DNA of 64,000 bases from Pseudovirgaria hyperparasitica (taxonomy: Eukaryota). The notes under the pieces were generated by a model that did not search any database, had not been told where the DNA came from, and saw nothing but the letters and a program-made list of their open reading frames with translations. Within the stretch, counting starts at the first letter, position 1. Every line of letters begins with the position of its first letter. This document shows, piece after piece, positions 24,537-38,622 of the stretch. A program made the position numbers and the translations under genes. Location of the stretch: assembly GCA_010093815.1 (NCBI GenBank), contig ML996578.1; one strand, given 5' to 3'.

Positions 24537-25757
24537 CTACTGTACATACTGGGCGGTAAAGTGTTGCTGGGTCTGGTGGAAGGGATCGCTGTAGGCCATA
24601 GACTCAAATTCGTTGGTGGGTGTGGCTGGGTAGGCGATTTGGGGGTGTAGTTGATGAATCTTTGGGTCATTCGGGGCGTATCTTTCATCATCGGGAGTAT
24701 CTGGCGGGGTCCAGGCGCCCTGTCCGTACCCTGCATTCTGGTGATTCTTCTGCGGGGTGTGAGGGCTGTGGTAGAGGTCGGGGGTCTGGTCGTTGACTGG
24801 AGTGAGCGTGGGCGTGGGTGGAGCGTGCATTTGTTTCATGGCTTGTGCTTGCAACTGCTTGCGAAGGAACTCCTCCACGACGGTCGAGACTGACGACAGC
24901 TGGCCGGAGGCGTACTTGCGGGCCACCACCTGCGAAGGGTTGTATAGATGCGTGGAGAGGGCAACGACGACGGTCTGATCATAGGATCCAGTCCATATGG
25001 ATTGATGGCTCGTCGAGCGGTTGAGGACACATCTCGCCAGCGTCAAGGCGGACTTGGCGAGTATCGAAGGGAGGACGGAGACGAATTCGCGGTGGAAGAG
25101 GGCAATCTCGCAGATGTACTGGGTCAGATGCTCGACCTCACGCTCCTCCTCCAGCTCGGCCAGGGCAATCTGAAGAAAGCTGTCAATGGTGGGGTGTCCA
25201 ATCATCCAGTCCAGAGTGGCCAAGACGTGCCATTCCATCTGGGTGAACATCTCGTCGTCGTACAGCTGGCAACACATGCTCTTCAGCTCGCGTATGGTAG
25301 GCACTCGGTCCTTCTTGTCACCATATTTGGCGGCAATGAGGAGGGCAGCACATCCGACGAGCTGGTAGTGACGCTTGTAGACCACACGACGGGAGCAGTA
25401 ACGATCGAGCAGGTTCACTGCGAGGAAGAGGGTCTCGGGCAATAGCTGAAAGGCCATGTGAGCTTCGATGAGGAAGTCGAGTAGGTAGGGACGCATGAAC
25501 CACTGGATCTCGGTCTGGATGTCAATCGAATTGACGTCTGGCATGGTGTCGGCCTCCATCTTCTCCATATGGGCAAGGATGTCATCCTGATATTCATCTG
25601 CAGTCGTTTGAGACAACTGCATGCCCATGATACGCTGATGTTGCCGTGCAACCTGTCTGGCCTGCTCCCGTTTCTGTGCTTGGATGGCATGAAAGCTGTC
25701 CTCCTCCTCGTAGAAGAAACTATCGCATTGTCCGTATCTTGAATGTTGGTAGGCCAT
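24537..25757 (-). CDS. G1/S-type cyclin (CCN1/Puc1/PucA-like)
   Basis: Cyclin box MRPYLLDFLIEAH..ETLFLAVNLLDRY..YQLVGCAALLIAAKY..QMEWHVL. PEST-like C-terminus with several TP sites. Confidence 0.92.
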   Translation of the reverse strand: MAYQHSRYGQCDSFFYEEEDSFHAIQAQKREQARQVARQHQRIMGMQLSQTTADEYQDDILAHMEKMEADTMPDVNSIDIQTEIQWFMRPYLLDFLIEAHMAFQLLPETLFLAVNLLDRYCSRRVVYKRHYQLVGCAALLIAAKYGDKKDRVPTIRELKSMCCQLYDDEMFTQMEWHVLATLDWMIGHPTIDSFLQIALAELEEEREVEHLTQYICEIALFHREFVSVLPSILAKSALTLARCVLNRSTSHQSIWTGSYDQTVVVALSTHLYNPSQVVARKYASGQLSSVSTVVEEFLRKQLQAQAMKQMHAPPTPTLTPVNDQTPDLYHSPHTPQKNHQNAGYGQGAWTPPDTPDDERYAPNDPKIHQLHPQIAYPATPTNEFESMAYSDPFHQTQQHFTAQYVQ

Positions 25758-28358
25758 GGTGAAGAGTGAGATGTTGAGAAGAGTTTGAGAATGAAAGAGA
25801 GGACGTCAGGTCTCCTGGAATGACAGATTTGGTTTGAACGAAGTGATAGGCTGGTTGACCCAAGTCTGGAAATAACAGTCGAGACTGTCCGGGATAAAGA
25901 TCGTATGTAGTTGGAAGTAATGAAGACGTCGACTCGCTGCGGTAGGGAGAAGACAGTCTGGAAGCAAAGGCAATGAATTAGCATAGAGCTACAGCCACGT
26001 TGAAGCGGAATGGATACTCACCTGGTAATTAGAAGATTAATGTTAAAGAGTGTGTGTAATATAAACGACAAAAGAATTTCGAGCTGACGAAATAGACGCT
26101 GGCACCTGTACAAATTGCATGTGAAGGTAGAGCGAAGATTGGATGTCTCTTAAAAAGAAGCAGCTGTTCCGACGACGAGTGGGGCACAGTTTTCCGAGGT
26201 AGAGCACGAGTTAACGAGTCCACCTATGTCATCCGGGTAGAGGATCACGAGAATGTGAACGTGGTCCTGCTGAAGTAATGTACTGGAGTCTGTAACAAGG
26301 GATGATGGTCAGTTAACGGTGTGAGGATTGCCGGGATCTGAGCATACCAGAGAGAGAGCCCCCGGTTCAACGTGTTGGTGTGATGCCGATGTACCGATAG
26401 AGACGACGACGAGGAGTCGGAAAAGACACAAACTGTAAAGAGTGACAGGTCAGCAAAGGCTATTAATTTTTTTAGAGAAAAAAAAAAGAGTGTGAGGTAA
26501 GAAAGAGGTATGGCAAGAGGTGGAAGAACAAGTCCGAGGTCAATGGTGAAGGGGGAAAAGATTGGAGTGGTCCGTGTGTCAGGCACTGTCCGCCCTAGCC
26601 AGGCAGGAAAAGGTAGTCGCCGGGCGGACTGGAATGAGGCATGAAACCTTGGAATTCACTCCTGCAGATCCCTAGTGCGAGTCGTCACAATTGAGCATCA
26701 CCCGCTCTGCGTGCTTCAGGGTCCGGGGATACAGGCCTTTCCCTTGGAATAATGTGGGAGGAGCTGCAGGCTGAGGAATTCTTCACCTGTTGACACACCT
26801 GGACTTGACTCGGATATTCTGCAACTTTTACTGTTCTCCAGCTATGCTCTATTCCGTGTCTCACAGCTGGAATTTATTGGCCGCTACGTTCGACTGGAGG
26901 TCTTAGCTCACAAGTGGAAGAAGATTTGTGAGGTCTTGCTTTGCTTGAATTGGATAGTGGCAGGGACTTGAACGAGGTATGTTGAGATAATAGGTGGTCT
27001 CCCTTGCTTTTACAGACTGCATACATTATTGACCCTGTATAGATGTCGAGTTGAGATGGGTATGTTATGGAGCCGAGGGTATGGTGACGGTAGCCAAATG
27101 CTTATTGCACGGGATGGATTCGCAGCAAACTGGACTCGAAGGACCATGGATGTAGGCCGTACGATCATGTATTGATCCCAGACGTGGCTGGCGTCGATTG
27201 GAAAGCCAATGGGTGTAGGGGTAGGTTCTCGCTGGCCAGTTTGGGAGAGGGTCGAAATCGATTGGATGGGAAGGGTCGATTGGGGTAGTCTGGCCATTGG
27301 AATGAAGATGATATGGGGAGTATGACTTACCACGATGGTTTTGCCTAGTCTGAAAAGCTCGTCACTAGATCTCTCAAGCTGTATCTGGGAATGAAGATTG
27401 TGGAGATCTGTGTTCCAGTTCCGGCAACGAGATCAATGGTAGCGGACAAGGGAGCAGTAGATGGTAGATCCTCCTTGCTTGACGATGAGGCAGGTAGGTA
27501 GGAGTGAGCGAGAGAGAGGGAGGAGAGTCTCAGATTGGAGATTTATGGTAAGGGATGGAATGTGGAAGAGTGTCGAGGCCCTGTGAGACGAGCAAAGGGA
27601 CACACGGACGACGGCAGAGATAGGATCAGGCTGAGAAGCAGGAGAAGCAGAGATATGCGAGGCCGAAAGAGGGGACTCTACACAGCTTTCTACTTTCTCT
27701 CTCTCTCTCTGACAACTCTCAAGAAGCCGACCTGTGAGAGCAAAGGGGGGAGGGGGTGGGTGGGTAGAAGAGGTTGAGAGTGGGAGGGAGAAAAGGACGA
27801 GGAGGATGGGAGTGGAGAGAGGAAGACAGGAAGAAGGTTGAGGATGAACAAGGCTGGTGCTGGTATGAAGATTAGAGGTTCCTGGCTAGTGGTCCATAAC
27901 TGGAGTAGAGTGGGTGGTGCACACACACACAGACAGTACAATGCACAGCTCTCTCTCCCGCACCTTGATCCGCTGCTGACTACGGAGCCAGCGAGGGCCT
28001 CTCCTTGGCCGGAGAGGTGCAGAGAGTTGTGTGAGAGTTGTGTGTGTGTGAGAGATGGTGAGAGGGGGAGATAGGGCCAGAGAGGGCCAGAGAGGTGGAG
28101 TGGTCGTGTGGAGGCGAGTCGGACGGGCAGTGATAGGCTGGGGAGAGCGGTCGAAGGACGCTGGCTAACCTCAAACCGCCTAAACCGCCCAGAACAGCCA
28201 GGCCCAAATGTGATAAACCGGGGGGGGGGAGGGGGAGGGCGACGGGGGGGAAAGGTCAAGGGGGATTACAGCAGCAGGTGACGGGGGAGAGAGAGTTGAG
28301 ACTGGCTGACTGGCTGACTGGCTGAGAGTGGCCACGACGATGTTTTGGCTGGTGCTGC

Positions 28359-31300
28359 TAATTACTGCTGCTGGTGCTGGTGCTGGTGCTGGTGCTGGTG
28401 CTGCCCATCTCCGACCGCCCGCGCGCCCGCCAATGGAGCCCTGTTCACGGCGTGTTTGCCAGCCAAGTTCCAGCCCGAGTGCCAGCCAATTGCCAGCTAA
28501 TCTGCCGGCCTGCTGAGACTGCTGCTGAGGCTCCAGTCTCTCTCTCTGCCTATCATTAATATCTACCATTCACTTCCTTCTACTACATGCATATATCTAC
28601 ATACTGTACATATTACACACTTACTCCTCTGTCAGAAGTCAGAAACACACTGCACAAGAATCATTCTCCACCGCTGGTCCCCAAGAAGTCTCCACTGTGC
28701 TTAATCTACTGGCGCCCTTTCTCTCTCTCTCAGCTCTTGTCTCCGCCTCCGACGACTGACCGACTCTCGCCTCTCTCTCTGCATATTACGCCGCCGCCTC
28801 ATACACGCTTTTTTTTTAATTATTACTCTTAGACACGCTACATCTGCATACACTCACGCGTCTGCACACACGAGAGCAACGCGACATGCCCTGTCTCCGC
28901 CCCCGTCTGATCTCTTCTTACTGGCCATCCAAGTTTTTTTCTTTCTTCCTTGACCCTTTGACCGGTCGGTTCCAGCGTGGAAAGGTGGAAGGAAGGAGGC
29001 CGGGTATCATCTAGCCATTCTCTGCCCTTCTAGCTCCTCTTCAATCCATGGATCCCTCGAAATTCTTCGCATCTTTCTTTTTTTGGCTCACTTTTCCACG
29101 ACTGTCTACCTAGTAATTAGTGGCTTATGGCTCAGCATATATATTACATGCCCCATCCCTCATAAGCCCATTCCTCAATATCCACATGCGCGACATCTCT
29201 GGTCGTCCGTTGGTGCATGTCGCGTGCCACGGCTTGCACTGCTTGCTTGATCTTATCATCCATCTCTACTATTAATTACCTATTACTCTCGACACGCTCG
29301 ACACTCTCGACACGCTCCTATCTTTTCTCCTCGCGTACCCGGACTGCCTGACACGTGCACGCCAATCATCAAAATCCACGAAATAGCCCTCCCCTTCCAT
29401 CTGCATGATCCGTCATGCCCAATATCGATCCTCTCCGCTTCCTGCCCATCCTGACTGGCTGCCACGACTTCATACTAAAAACCAGCTCGCCCACTTGCAC
29501 CATCCAAGCTGCTCCTAATCCGGTAACTTTATCAGATGCCATCGCCTGGGAACCCTAATACTAATTAATGCCTACTACTTACTACCTACTTACTACTGAC
29601 TCTACAGACAGGCTCTACCTGTGCCGCGACCAACTGCTTGCTTGCTTACCTACTGATATATCCTGGATAATTACTTATCCCATCACCATCCGTCCAATCC
29701 TCGCTCGCGCGGCCAGCCCAGCTAGCTAGCTAGCCATGAATCTTGATCTAGCAATCTAGACACTAATTACTAGGAGGAGATGGGATGAATCTTGCTTCGA
29801 ACCCTTGCTTGTCTTTTTTTTCCGCACGCTTGCTTGCTTGCTTGCCTGCTTTTCCTTCCTCTAGCTAATTAGCTGCTCTTGGTGCTTTCAGCCCAGCCCA
29901 GTCCATCCCGACCACCGGGCTCGCTGCACTTCACGATACCTACTAATCCGGCACAGCTTGCTGGGTCTTCCCGGCTAGAACGACCCCCCCCCCCCCCCCC
30001 CCAAAAGACCGAAACGCGTGTTGTGTTTGCTAGGCTAGGGTAAATGGTATTATATCTTCTGAATACTAAATGCATGCATACGCGACACGCGACACGCCTC
30101 GTTCGTCTCGCCACTATATATATATATAAACCTTTCTAGAGAAAAAAGAAAAAGCCATCGTACCATCTCCACTCGTTCATCACGACTAGTATGGCATGGT
30201 AATACAAAACTGCTCTTGCGTCCCCGTCCGCCCCCCTCTGCGCGTGGCTAATTAATTATCCGATGAGGTCTTAAAAGCGTCACTAATTAAAGAAGAAAAA
30301 AGAAAAGCAAAGAAAGCCTCATTGAATTGATTAATTGATTGCTATTGAATTCATTCGTCCCCCTTCGTCCCATCTCGGGCCTTTCTTACGTAGCACTAGA
30401 TCGCTCCAAAACGGAAATATTATGAGACAAGACACACATACAGTACATACATACATTTAGGAAAGAAAAAAAAGAAGAATACGCCCCCCGCCTCTCCCCA
30501 GCGGACCCGCAAATACATTCACACATACATACATATATACCCCCCAAAGTCCGCTATACTACACTATACACTATCCCCCATCCCCCAATCTCGTCTCCAA
30601 AAAAACGCGTCGTGCGGTCCTGCACAATGATGACAATGACGAGACACGAGGCCGCCGAAGCTCTTTTTACGTGTTTCCTTCTTCCCCTGCAGCAAGCTGC
30701 TGCTAAATGGGTGGTTTTACACGCGCTCGCGTCTCCACCGTACACGCGCGTGTACGCGTGCGTGCACACAATCGCGCTCGCGCTCATGAAACATGCAAAT
30801 CTCGAAAGTCTTCTGCTTGAGTTAGTTGCCAGAGCACCCACACACACAGCCCCTTGTAATGTAATGTGGTATTCTCCACTGGGGCGCGCTTTTGGGACTT
30901 GCTGCAGGCTTATGGTACTGCTACTGCTGTCGCGTGTTTGGTCTTGCTGTCTGTCGCGTGTGATGTTCCAGGTCGTGCTGATCCACACTCGTCTGGCTTG
31001 TGATTCTTCTACTGGGCGTAGTATGGTATGGTATGGTATGGTATGGCATATGCTGCCTCGGATGCACCATGCCATGCCCATGCTATGCCCAGGGCTCATA
31101 ACCTGGCTTGATGGAGTAATTTGTCGTTGGTCGGCGATGCGAGGCGAGACCTGGCCTGTCTGTCTGTCTGTCTGTCTGCTTGGCCTGGAATGGGCTGGTA
31201 TGGCATGATTGATCGAGATATCCACATGATGGGTTACTGTAGGTATGTACTGACTGGGCAAGAAACGTGACAGCGTCGTACCACGTTGTTGCCAACCAGT

Positions 31301-32328
31301 CAGTCAGTCAGTCACCCATAGGTAAGCCGTTGAGTGAGTGCATTTCGCGCTGGCTATCCGTCTCGGGCAACTCGTGTGCGATGGACGCAACGCAAACATG
31401 TTCTCATTCGGCGTTTGTTACAAGTAGTCTATTAGACAGGCAAGCAAGCAAGCAAACCTCCCGTTACACCCGCCCGCTTCCCAAACATCCATTCTCAAGT
31501 CCCGGGCACCCACCGAACCGAACCAGTCTGAACTGAACCAATCCAACCAGGGCCGAAAAAAGTATTCTACTCGTCACTCGTCACTCATCTACCAAAAAAA
31601 AAACGAAGAAGAAATGACGACAAGAGAATTTTTTGTGCATCATGTGCATGTATATACGTAGTCACCGCAGCCAGCGTATCCATATGTACAATGGAATATT
31701 TTTGTCCAGGTTGCGTCATACATAATGCACAAAACCATCAAACGCTGCTCCCCTGCTTAGTACATACCCTACCCCATGCTCCCCTGCGCCCATGTTCTGC
31801 TCCTAGCGCAAAGCACAAAGCGGGTCCCCGGGCATAGATGGAGCATCGTCAGATCATGAGATGAGATGGATGTCGCCAACCTGCGCAACCCCAGTCCTAG
31901 TATAGCCTCTGCCGGCTGCCCATGATGCTTGCGCGCGTTAGTCAGTTAGTCAGTTAGTAATAAGTGTACCTACTGTAGCGTGCGTAGTGGAGTGTAGCCA
32001 CGACGACGTAGCGCAGCATAGCCAAGCAGAAAAAAACGCAGACCCACACACACACACACACACCGAAACTCGTTTGATATTCCAGAGCACATGTGTTGTG
32101 TGTTCAACACCCCGTCCGACGGACGGTCTGGGCACGCAGCGGAACGACACGACACGACACGATACCACACGAAACGAAACGAGAACGCGTCGAGAACGCT
32201 CCGATTTCTAGCGCGGTTTGCTTTCTGGGACGCGTCTTTCGTACGTGCGGTTGCATTTTTGCTAGCTTTTGTGGCGCGGGCTTGGGATGATGATGCCCGT
32301 CCTCTTCCATGCCATCCTATTGACGCGT
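28359..32328. promoter_or_regulatory. Distal cluster of TAATTA and ACGCGT (MCB-like) motifs upstream of the cyclin
   Basis: By eye: 11 TAATTA between 28359 and 30289 and 7 ACGCGT between 28856 and 32328, in a region without credible genes. Confidence 0.45.
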
Positions 32329-33470
32329 TTTGATGATGATTGAAGGAACGAAAACCTGTGTGCACTGTGGCCCCCCCTTGCACGGAGTTTGCGGGTATTA
32401 GCGGGGTCTAGTCTGCCCTTTTGGATGTTTGGTCGGGCTCGGGGCTTTTTTTTTTGGTGTTTGAGGTTTTGCTGTGTTAGGGAGAGAGGGAGTAGAATTG
32501 ACGTGATTCTGGGGATTGGTGATGCATAAAACCACGGGTTGCACCAAGGTTGCTGGGCATTATTTGTGCATTATGTAACGACCTCAAGAAGGCAACTTCA
32601 AGCTGAGGTTGGCCTTCATAGTTTGGGACGCAGAGCGGCCCGTTGAAACTTATTCGCAGCATTTATTAAACACGTGGGCCGCCCGACCAGCTCGACCCAA
32701 CGCCCACGCGGTAATCAATCATAATCAATTTGATTGTCTGATGAGCCGGTTGCAGCGTACAGTATTGCCATTAACTCTATCTTGCACTCTAATCCATGAT
32801 GGCGGCATCTGTGCTCGCTCGCATCCGTGATATAATAACGGCCGAAACTGCGCCCAGACTTTGTGGCTCCGCTCTGCCCGGGCCTTGACTTCGGTTGGAC
32901 GTTTTGTCCTGTGACAGTGACCAGGCGGCTTAAATTAGATGGCACTTTGCGGCGGTTGATCGACGATGATTCCATCAAAGATCTCGCGCATCGATAATCT
33001 TCAATTGCTTGCTGCCCACGGGATGATGGGTCTTGCAGCGGGCAGGCCAGATAGGTGTGACAGACTGGGGACTGATCAAGTTTGGCCTTTCTTGAGTTGC
33101 TTTCTCGCGTATCTGCTTCTCCAGCCCAGCACCTAGCGAGATTTGTTGAACATGTATTCTTGGGGGCTGCTACAATATCACACGAGACATATACAGCTCA
33201 GTTGTGGGCTCATGGATGGTTATCGCGCGGTCTCGTTATCGTTTACCGAAGTCCAAGGTCGACTTAGCGGCAGCACGGAACATAGTTTTGCCGAACCTCA
33301 AGAAAAAATTCGGGAATAGAATCGCGTTTTTGATGATGCGCATACACCACGAGCTACACATACAGCCTGCTAACATCTGACTTGTGGCAACTGGCGCATA
33401 GACACCACCAAAGTACTATGGCCAGAACTGTCTCCTGCAATCCCTCAGTCAAAATAATTCTGAGGTAGCC

Positions 33471-36326
33471 ATGGACATCCACCGCGCCCGCTTCATACCC
33501 TACCCACCGTCTGCCATAAATGCGCTCGCCTTTTCGCACGCCAGCCCGGGTCCGATCACAACGAAAAAAGGCACACAGGATCGTGCGCCAGACCCCTCCT
33601 GCTTACGCCTCGCCATAGGCCGCGCGAACGGCGACATCGAAGTCTGGAATCCGGCGAAAGGCACGTGGTTCCACGAAATCACGCTGCATGGCGGGAAAGA
33701 CCGCAGTGTCGAGGGTCTCGCCTGGACGCAAGAGCCGAGTGAAGAGGACGAGAATGGCAAGACTCAGCCTGGCCAATTGCGGCTGTTCAGCATAGGCTAC
33801 TCGAGTACTGTGACCGAGTGGAACCTGCTCACCGGACTTCCGCTGCGCCATTCCAGCGGCAGCCTCAGCCAAGTATGGTGTCTAGCGGCGCAGCCGAAAT
33901 GGACACCTTCGAGTGATGGAGCCCGGGCCGGGGAGTTTCGCGGTCAAGATCTGGCCGTCGGGTGCGCCGACGGAACACTTGCGATCTTGTCTACGGAAGA
34001 CAACGAACTCCAGTTCCGGAGAAATCTCTCGAGAGCTGCCGCCAAGAAGGCAAGAGTGCTCAGCGTGACCTACCAGACGCGAGACGTTGTCGTTGCCGGC
34101 TTCGCGGACTCGGCGATCCGGGTGTACGATGCCAGAAACGGAGCCCAGATACGCAGCATCTCACTCGTCTCCAAGAAAGAGTCACGCGGGAAAGAGACGC
34201 TGGTCTGGGTTGTTCAAATTCTGCCAAACGGCGATATCATCTCAGGAGACTCGATGGGCGAGGTTCGCGTCTTTGACGGCAAAACGTACTCTAGCTTGCA
34301 CAGACTGCAGACTCATGAGGCAGATGTGCTTAGTCTTGGTGTCAGTCAGTTCTCAAATCTCTTCTTTAGTGGGAGTACAGATCGCCGCACTGTGGTGTAC
34401 AATCAAAAGATTGCCGGGAAGAAGGCACGCAATCAGTGGAATCGCCTGTCGCACCGGCGATATCACGAGCACGATATCAAGGCCATGGCCGTCTACGAAG
34501 GCAGAAGTGTTGATGTTCTTGTCTCTGGAGGTGAGGATTGATGTCATAAGTTTAGAATAATCCAGCTGACACGCAAAGGTCTCGATGCCAACCCGGTCCT
34601 TGTACCGATTCGGGATCACGGTCAGCAGTACAGCCGCACACTGCCAATCGTACCACATCGCCCACCCATGATCACTTCGAAACGAGCCCGCATGATTGTG
34701 AGTTGGTGGGATCGAGAGGCTCGCCTATACAGAATTCCACACAAGGCTGAGGATAGTACGCCGAGCTTGTTAGCTCGACTTGCTCTACAAGGTGAAGAGA
34801 ACATCTCATGCGCTGCTCTGGCCGACGACGGAAGTCTGCTAGCCCTTGGTACCGCAGCAGGAATCCGAGTATTTCAACTGTCTGCCAAAGCGTCGGAGCC
34901 TGGTCAAGTCAAGATTAGGAAGCTAGACGGGCCGGAGGTTGTTGGTGCTCGCGTCCTGACATTCTCCCCGGACGCAAGATGGCTTGCAGTAGTCACTACA
35001 ACAAGCGATTGCAGACTTTTACGCATATTGCCCGGCCAAGATGGACAGAAAGCCAGTTTGCTGCGGCACGTTGTTGTCTTACAAAGGAGTCAGAGAGACC
35101 AGAGAGGGCACACCGATGGCTTGAACGGAGCCTGGGGCCGTTACGATGCCACAGTGGTACAGGCAGCCTTCTCCTCCGACAGCAGAATACTTGCGGTTGC
35201 CGACCTCGGGGGTCGTATAAATAGTTGGGTCCTAGAAGGGCACGAGGACTCTACTGCTCCTGAGCTGGACCTCTCAAAGCCCGCCAAGCATACCTCGTCA
35301 GATGATGACGAGAGCAGCGACGACCCCGATGACGACGACGAAGATCAGATGGCCGTCATCAAAGGGCAGCATTGGATTCCGGATGCCAGGGCTCTTCCCA
35401 GACTCGACTCCTCACCGCTCATTCTATCCTTCCGGCCCTCATCTCCAGAGCACCAAGTCGAGCCTAATGGCAATCCCGGACTTCATCCCACGCGTCATAC
35501 CCCACATGTAAAATCACACGACCTACCTCGCGGGGAGCATCGCCTTTTCGTGGTGACAGCAAGACACCGATTCTACGAGTTTGACGTGCTGAAAAACGAA
35601 ATGACGAGCTGGACGAAACGCAACCCTTCGTCCAACCTGCCGGAAGAATTCCGCGCTCTGAAGGATCTGGCCAAGGGGTGTTTCTGGGACACCACCGAGG
35701 GCAAAGACCGGCTGTGGCTCTACGGCAGCAACTGGCTGTTCATGTTCGACCTCTCCCAGGACTTTGTGTCGAGCAGCGGCGATGCCGTGGCCGGCAAGAA
35801 ACGAGACTTTCACGAAGTGCTGGAGCAGCAAAAGGAGTCTACCGGTGCCGGCGATGTGGTCAAGGGGCGAGAGCAGGAAGGCGTCGGGCGAAAGATTCGG
35901 AAGATCACGGCGAACGGCACGGGCCAGACGGTGGAATGGATCGAAAGGAAGCGGAACAAGCAGGAACGTGACGACGATGACGACGATGACGACGACGTCT
36001 TGGCATTGCCGCCATTGCAGCGAGACACCGAGGAAGATGGCCCGAATGGCAATGGCGGGACGACGACGACGACGACGACAACGGAGTTGGTGTCGAAGAG
36101 TCGAGGCCGAGGCCCTCGTTACTGGTATACGCTCAAGTACCGCCCTATCCTGGGCGTGGCTGCTATCGACAATAACAAAAACAACGACAACCATGGCCAG
36201 ACCCACGCAGCAAATGGAGACGCATCCACCCGGCCTGCACGCCTCGAGGTCGTCCTCGTCGAACGCCCGTTCTGGGACTTGGACTTGCCGCCTAGGTTCG
36301 TCGGGCCCAACGAGCGCGACAAGTAA
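33471..36326 (+). CDS. UTP4: U3 snoRNA-associated protein 4 (cirhin), WD40, 2 exons
   Basis: MDIHRARFIPYPPSAINALAFS, RLAIGRANGDIEVWNP, HRRYHEHDIKAM, WLYGSNWLFMFDL, KYRPILG, VVLVERPFWD. Intron 34531..34578. Confidence 0.92.
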
Positions 36327-38622
36327 GAAGCAAGCGCAAGTCTTTTGTTTCGTATCTCTACCCTACACCCTACCTCTACCCTACCACACCATACCATGAG
36401 CATCATCAGCGATGGCGTTGGGCATTCGGCGGCGTCTTTTTTCATACTTTCCTGCGGAGAACTTTGATATATATCTACTGTTCGGGTGGGGGGGTTTCTG
36501 CGTATGGATGGACAGAGAGGATTTGCGCTGAAAAGAAATGTATGGAAGTTGGAATGGATGTCTTATGTTCGAGTATGGGTTTTTGGATCTGAGGCAATAG
36601 ACCATTCCATGTAATGTGTCTGTGTCTGTATGTCTCTGTCTCTGTTCAAGTCACCCCCCCTGCCCCCAACTCCACAGGTCAGTGGGCCCCTAAACCGAGC
36701 ATGCCAGACGCAGAAACAGCCGGAAATCCTGATTCGCTATTGGGTGATTGATTGATTGATTGATTGATAGGTGATATACCACATACGAAGTATCAACAGA
36801 GCGTGCACCGCACTGCACGATAGCATAGCGGGTACGTACCCGTGGCGCGAAACGCGTACCATACACCATACGTAATACTCAGTGGGGTGGAGAACTGACG
36901 TGTGGGTGAGTGAGTGCAGTAGACAGTGACATTTTCCAGCAGATCCTATCCAGGAGGTAATTAATCAAACCACACACCTCCTTCCTCTCTCTCTCGCCAC
37001 TGAAGGATTAGGTTCTTTGTGAGAAGTCGCACGTGCGTGTCTGGTGCTACTTGCGTGTTCTATGGGTATGTACATGTACGTTACATGCGTGTATATGGGA
37101 ATGTATGTATGTACGTGTACACTTGTACATTGTGATTACAAGCAGTTCTCAGGGTTCAATCCAGCACGTCGGGACGCGCGTATGCAAGACAGAAGGGGGG
37201 GGGGTCCCAGCGTAGCCGCTAGACTGTATTGGGCGAGATACGCGGCTTGAGGGTCCAGACTGGGTGAGTGATGGGAGGACGTGTCACGTGGTGGACCCTT
37301 TGGGGATTGGTATTGCTGCCTGAGGTTGTGGGCGGGTTTGCGCGTCGGTTTCGAGTGGTTCTCGTATCATCGTATTTGGATTACTTACGCTTGGTGGATT
37401 GCAGGAGGTGTTAGAGTCGAGGTGATTACTGGGTGTATGTTCCGTCACTGTCACTGTCAACGTCGAGATCAAACGTCTACGGTGCGGGTGCACTCTGCGA
37501 CATGGCAGATGGGATGGGCTCATCAGCATATGTTAAATTTCCACAGCTTCTTGTTCTGTCCGGAATGGAACAGTGTCTTTCTTGCGCTTGGGTAGATGGA
37601 TGGATGGTTCAAGGGCTATCCTGGATGGAGAGGAGAGTGCTTGCGAAAGGCGATACGCAGAGAGAGAAGACAAAGACAACAAGCAAGTCCGCCGCGCAAT
37701 GGAAGAAGAAGCCAAGGCCAGAGTGTGTCTTGTGTCGGGGGTGTGGTGTCTAAAGAAAGGGCAGCGGACGGCCCCTTTGCCGGCGAGACTAAGAATAATA
37801 CGTGTGCGTGCCATGTAATTACAGTAAGTAACTGATGAGCCCTGTGCGAATGTCTTGCGTTTTGCTTGACGGGGTGAGGAGGGAGCAATGATCGTCTGCG
37901 TTGCTGACTGCGTGGTGTGTGTAGCGATCATGAAGTAAGTAGTCGTAGTCTCTTGGTCCATAGAACGAAGCAGATGGTGATTGATACAAGAGCATTACCA
38001 CCACCACCACCACCACCACCATCGAATCTTCATCACTTCCCTTCATCTGCTGGACTCGCGGCATCTGGACATCATCGTCGTCGTCGTTTCGCGTGCAGAT
38101 CCAGAACGTGAGTTACGACAGCACCTCTTGGTGTGGTCGTTGGCCAATCACGGCAGGCACGCTAAGCAGTCGTCGTCAGCTCTGGGTGGATTGCGCATCC
38201 ACGCCAAACCGTCTGCGTCGTCGTCTCTTCGTCGTCCCTCATCGCCCATTTACCCTTCTCTTCCCTCCCACTACTACACCACTTTCTCTGCTCCATTCGT
38301 CCCGTATCCTCCACCGAGTCCCCCTCGACATCCTACCTACCTACCTCGCCGTCGCTGCCTTGCGATCCGACTACTACTCACTCGACCTGCATCACCCCAG
38401 CCTTCTCGTCCCTCACGTCCCAGTAGTTCGCGTGCACTGGCCGCGCGCCCGTGGCGGATTCGTTACCCGGGCTGTGCAAAAGAACAATCCGCAGGCTACG
38501 ACATTCGACCAACCCGCCATTAAGACTGCGACGCCCCGCCAGTTTCTTTGCAAGAAACCAATCCACCCATACTCGCATCCATTGTGGCTGGCTATTCACA
38601 CATTAGATCACGCCTGCGCACC

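Noticed and set aside
37981..38523. Poly-His ORF upstream of PNG1
   Set aside because: It is a (CAC)n microsatellite in a pyrimidine-rich leader, with no ATG start and no domain.
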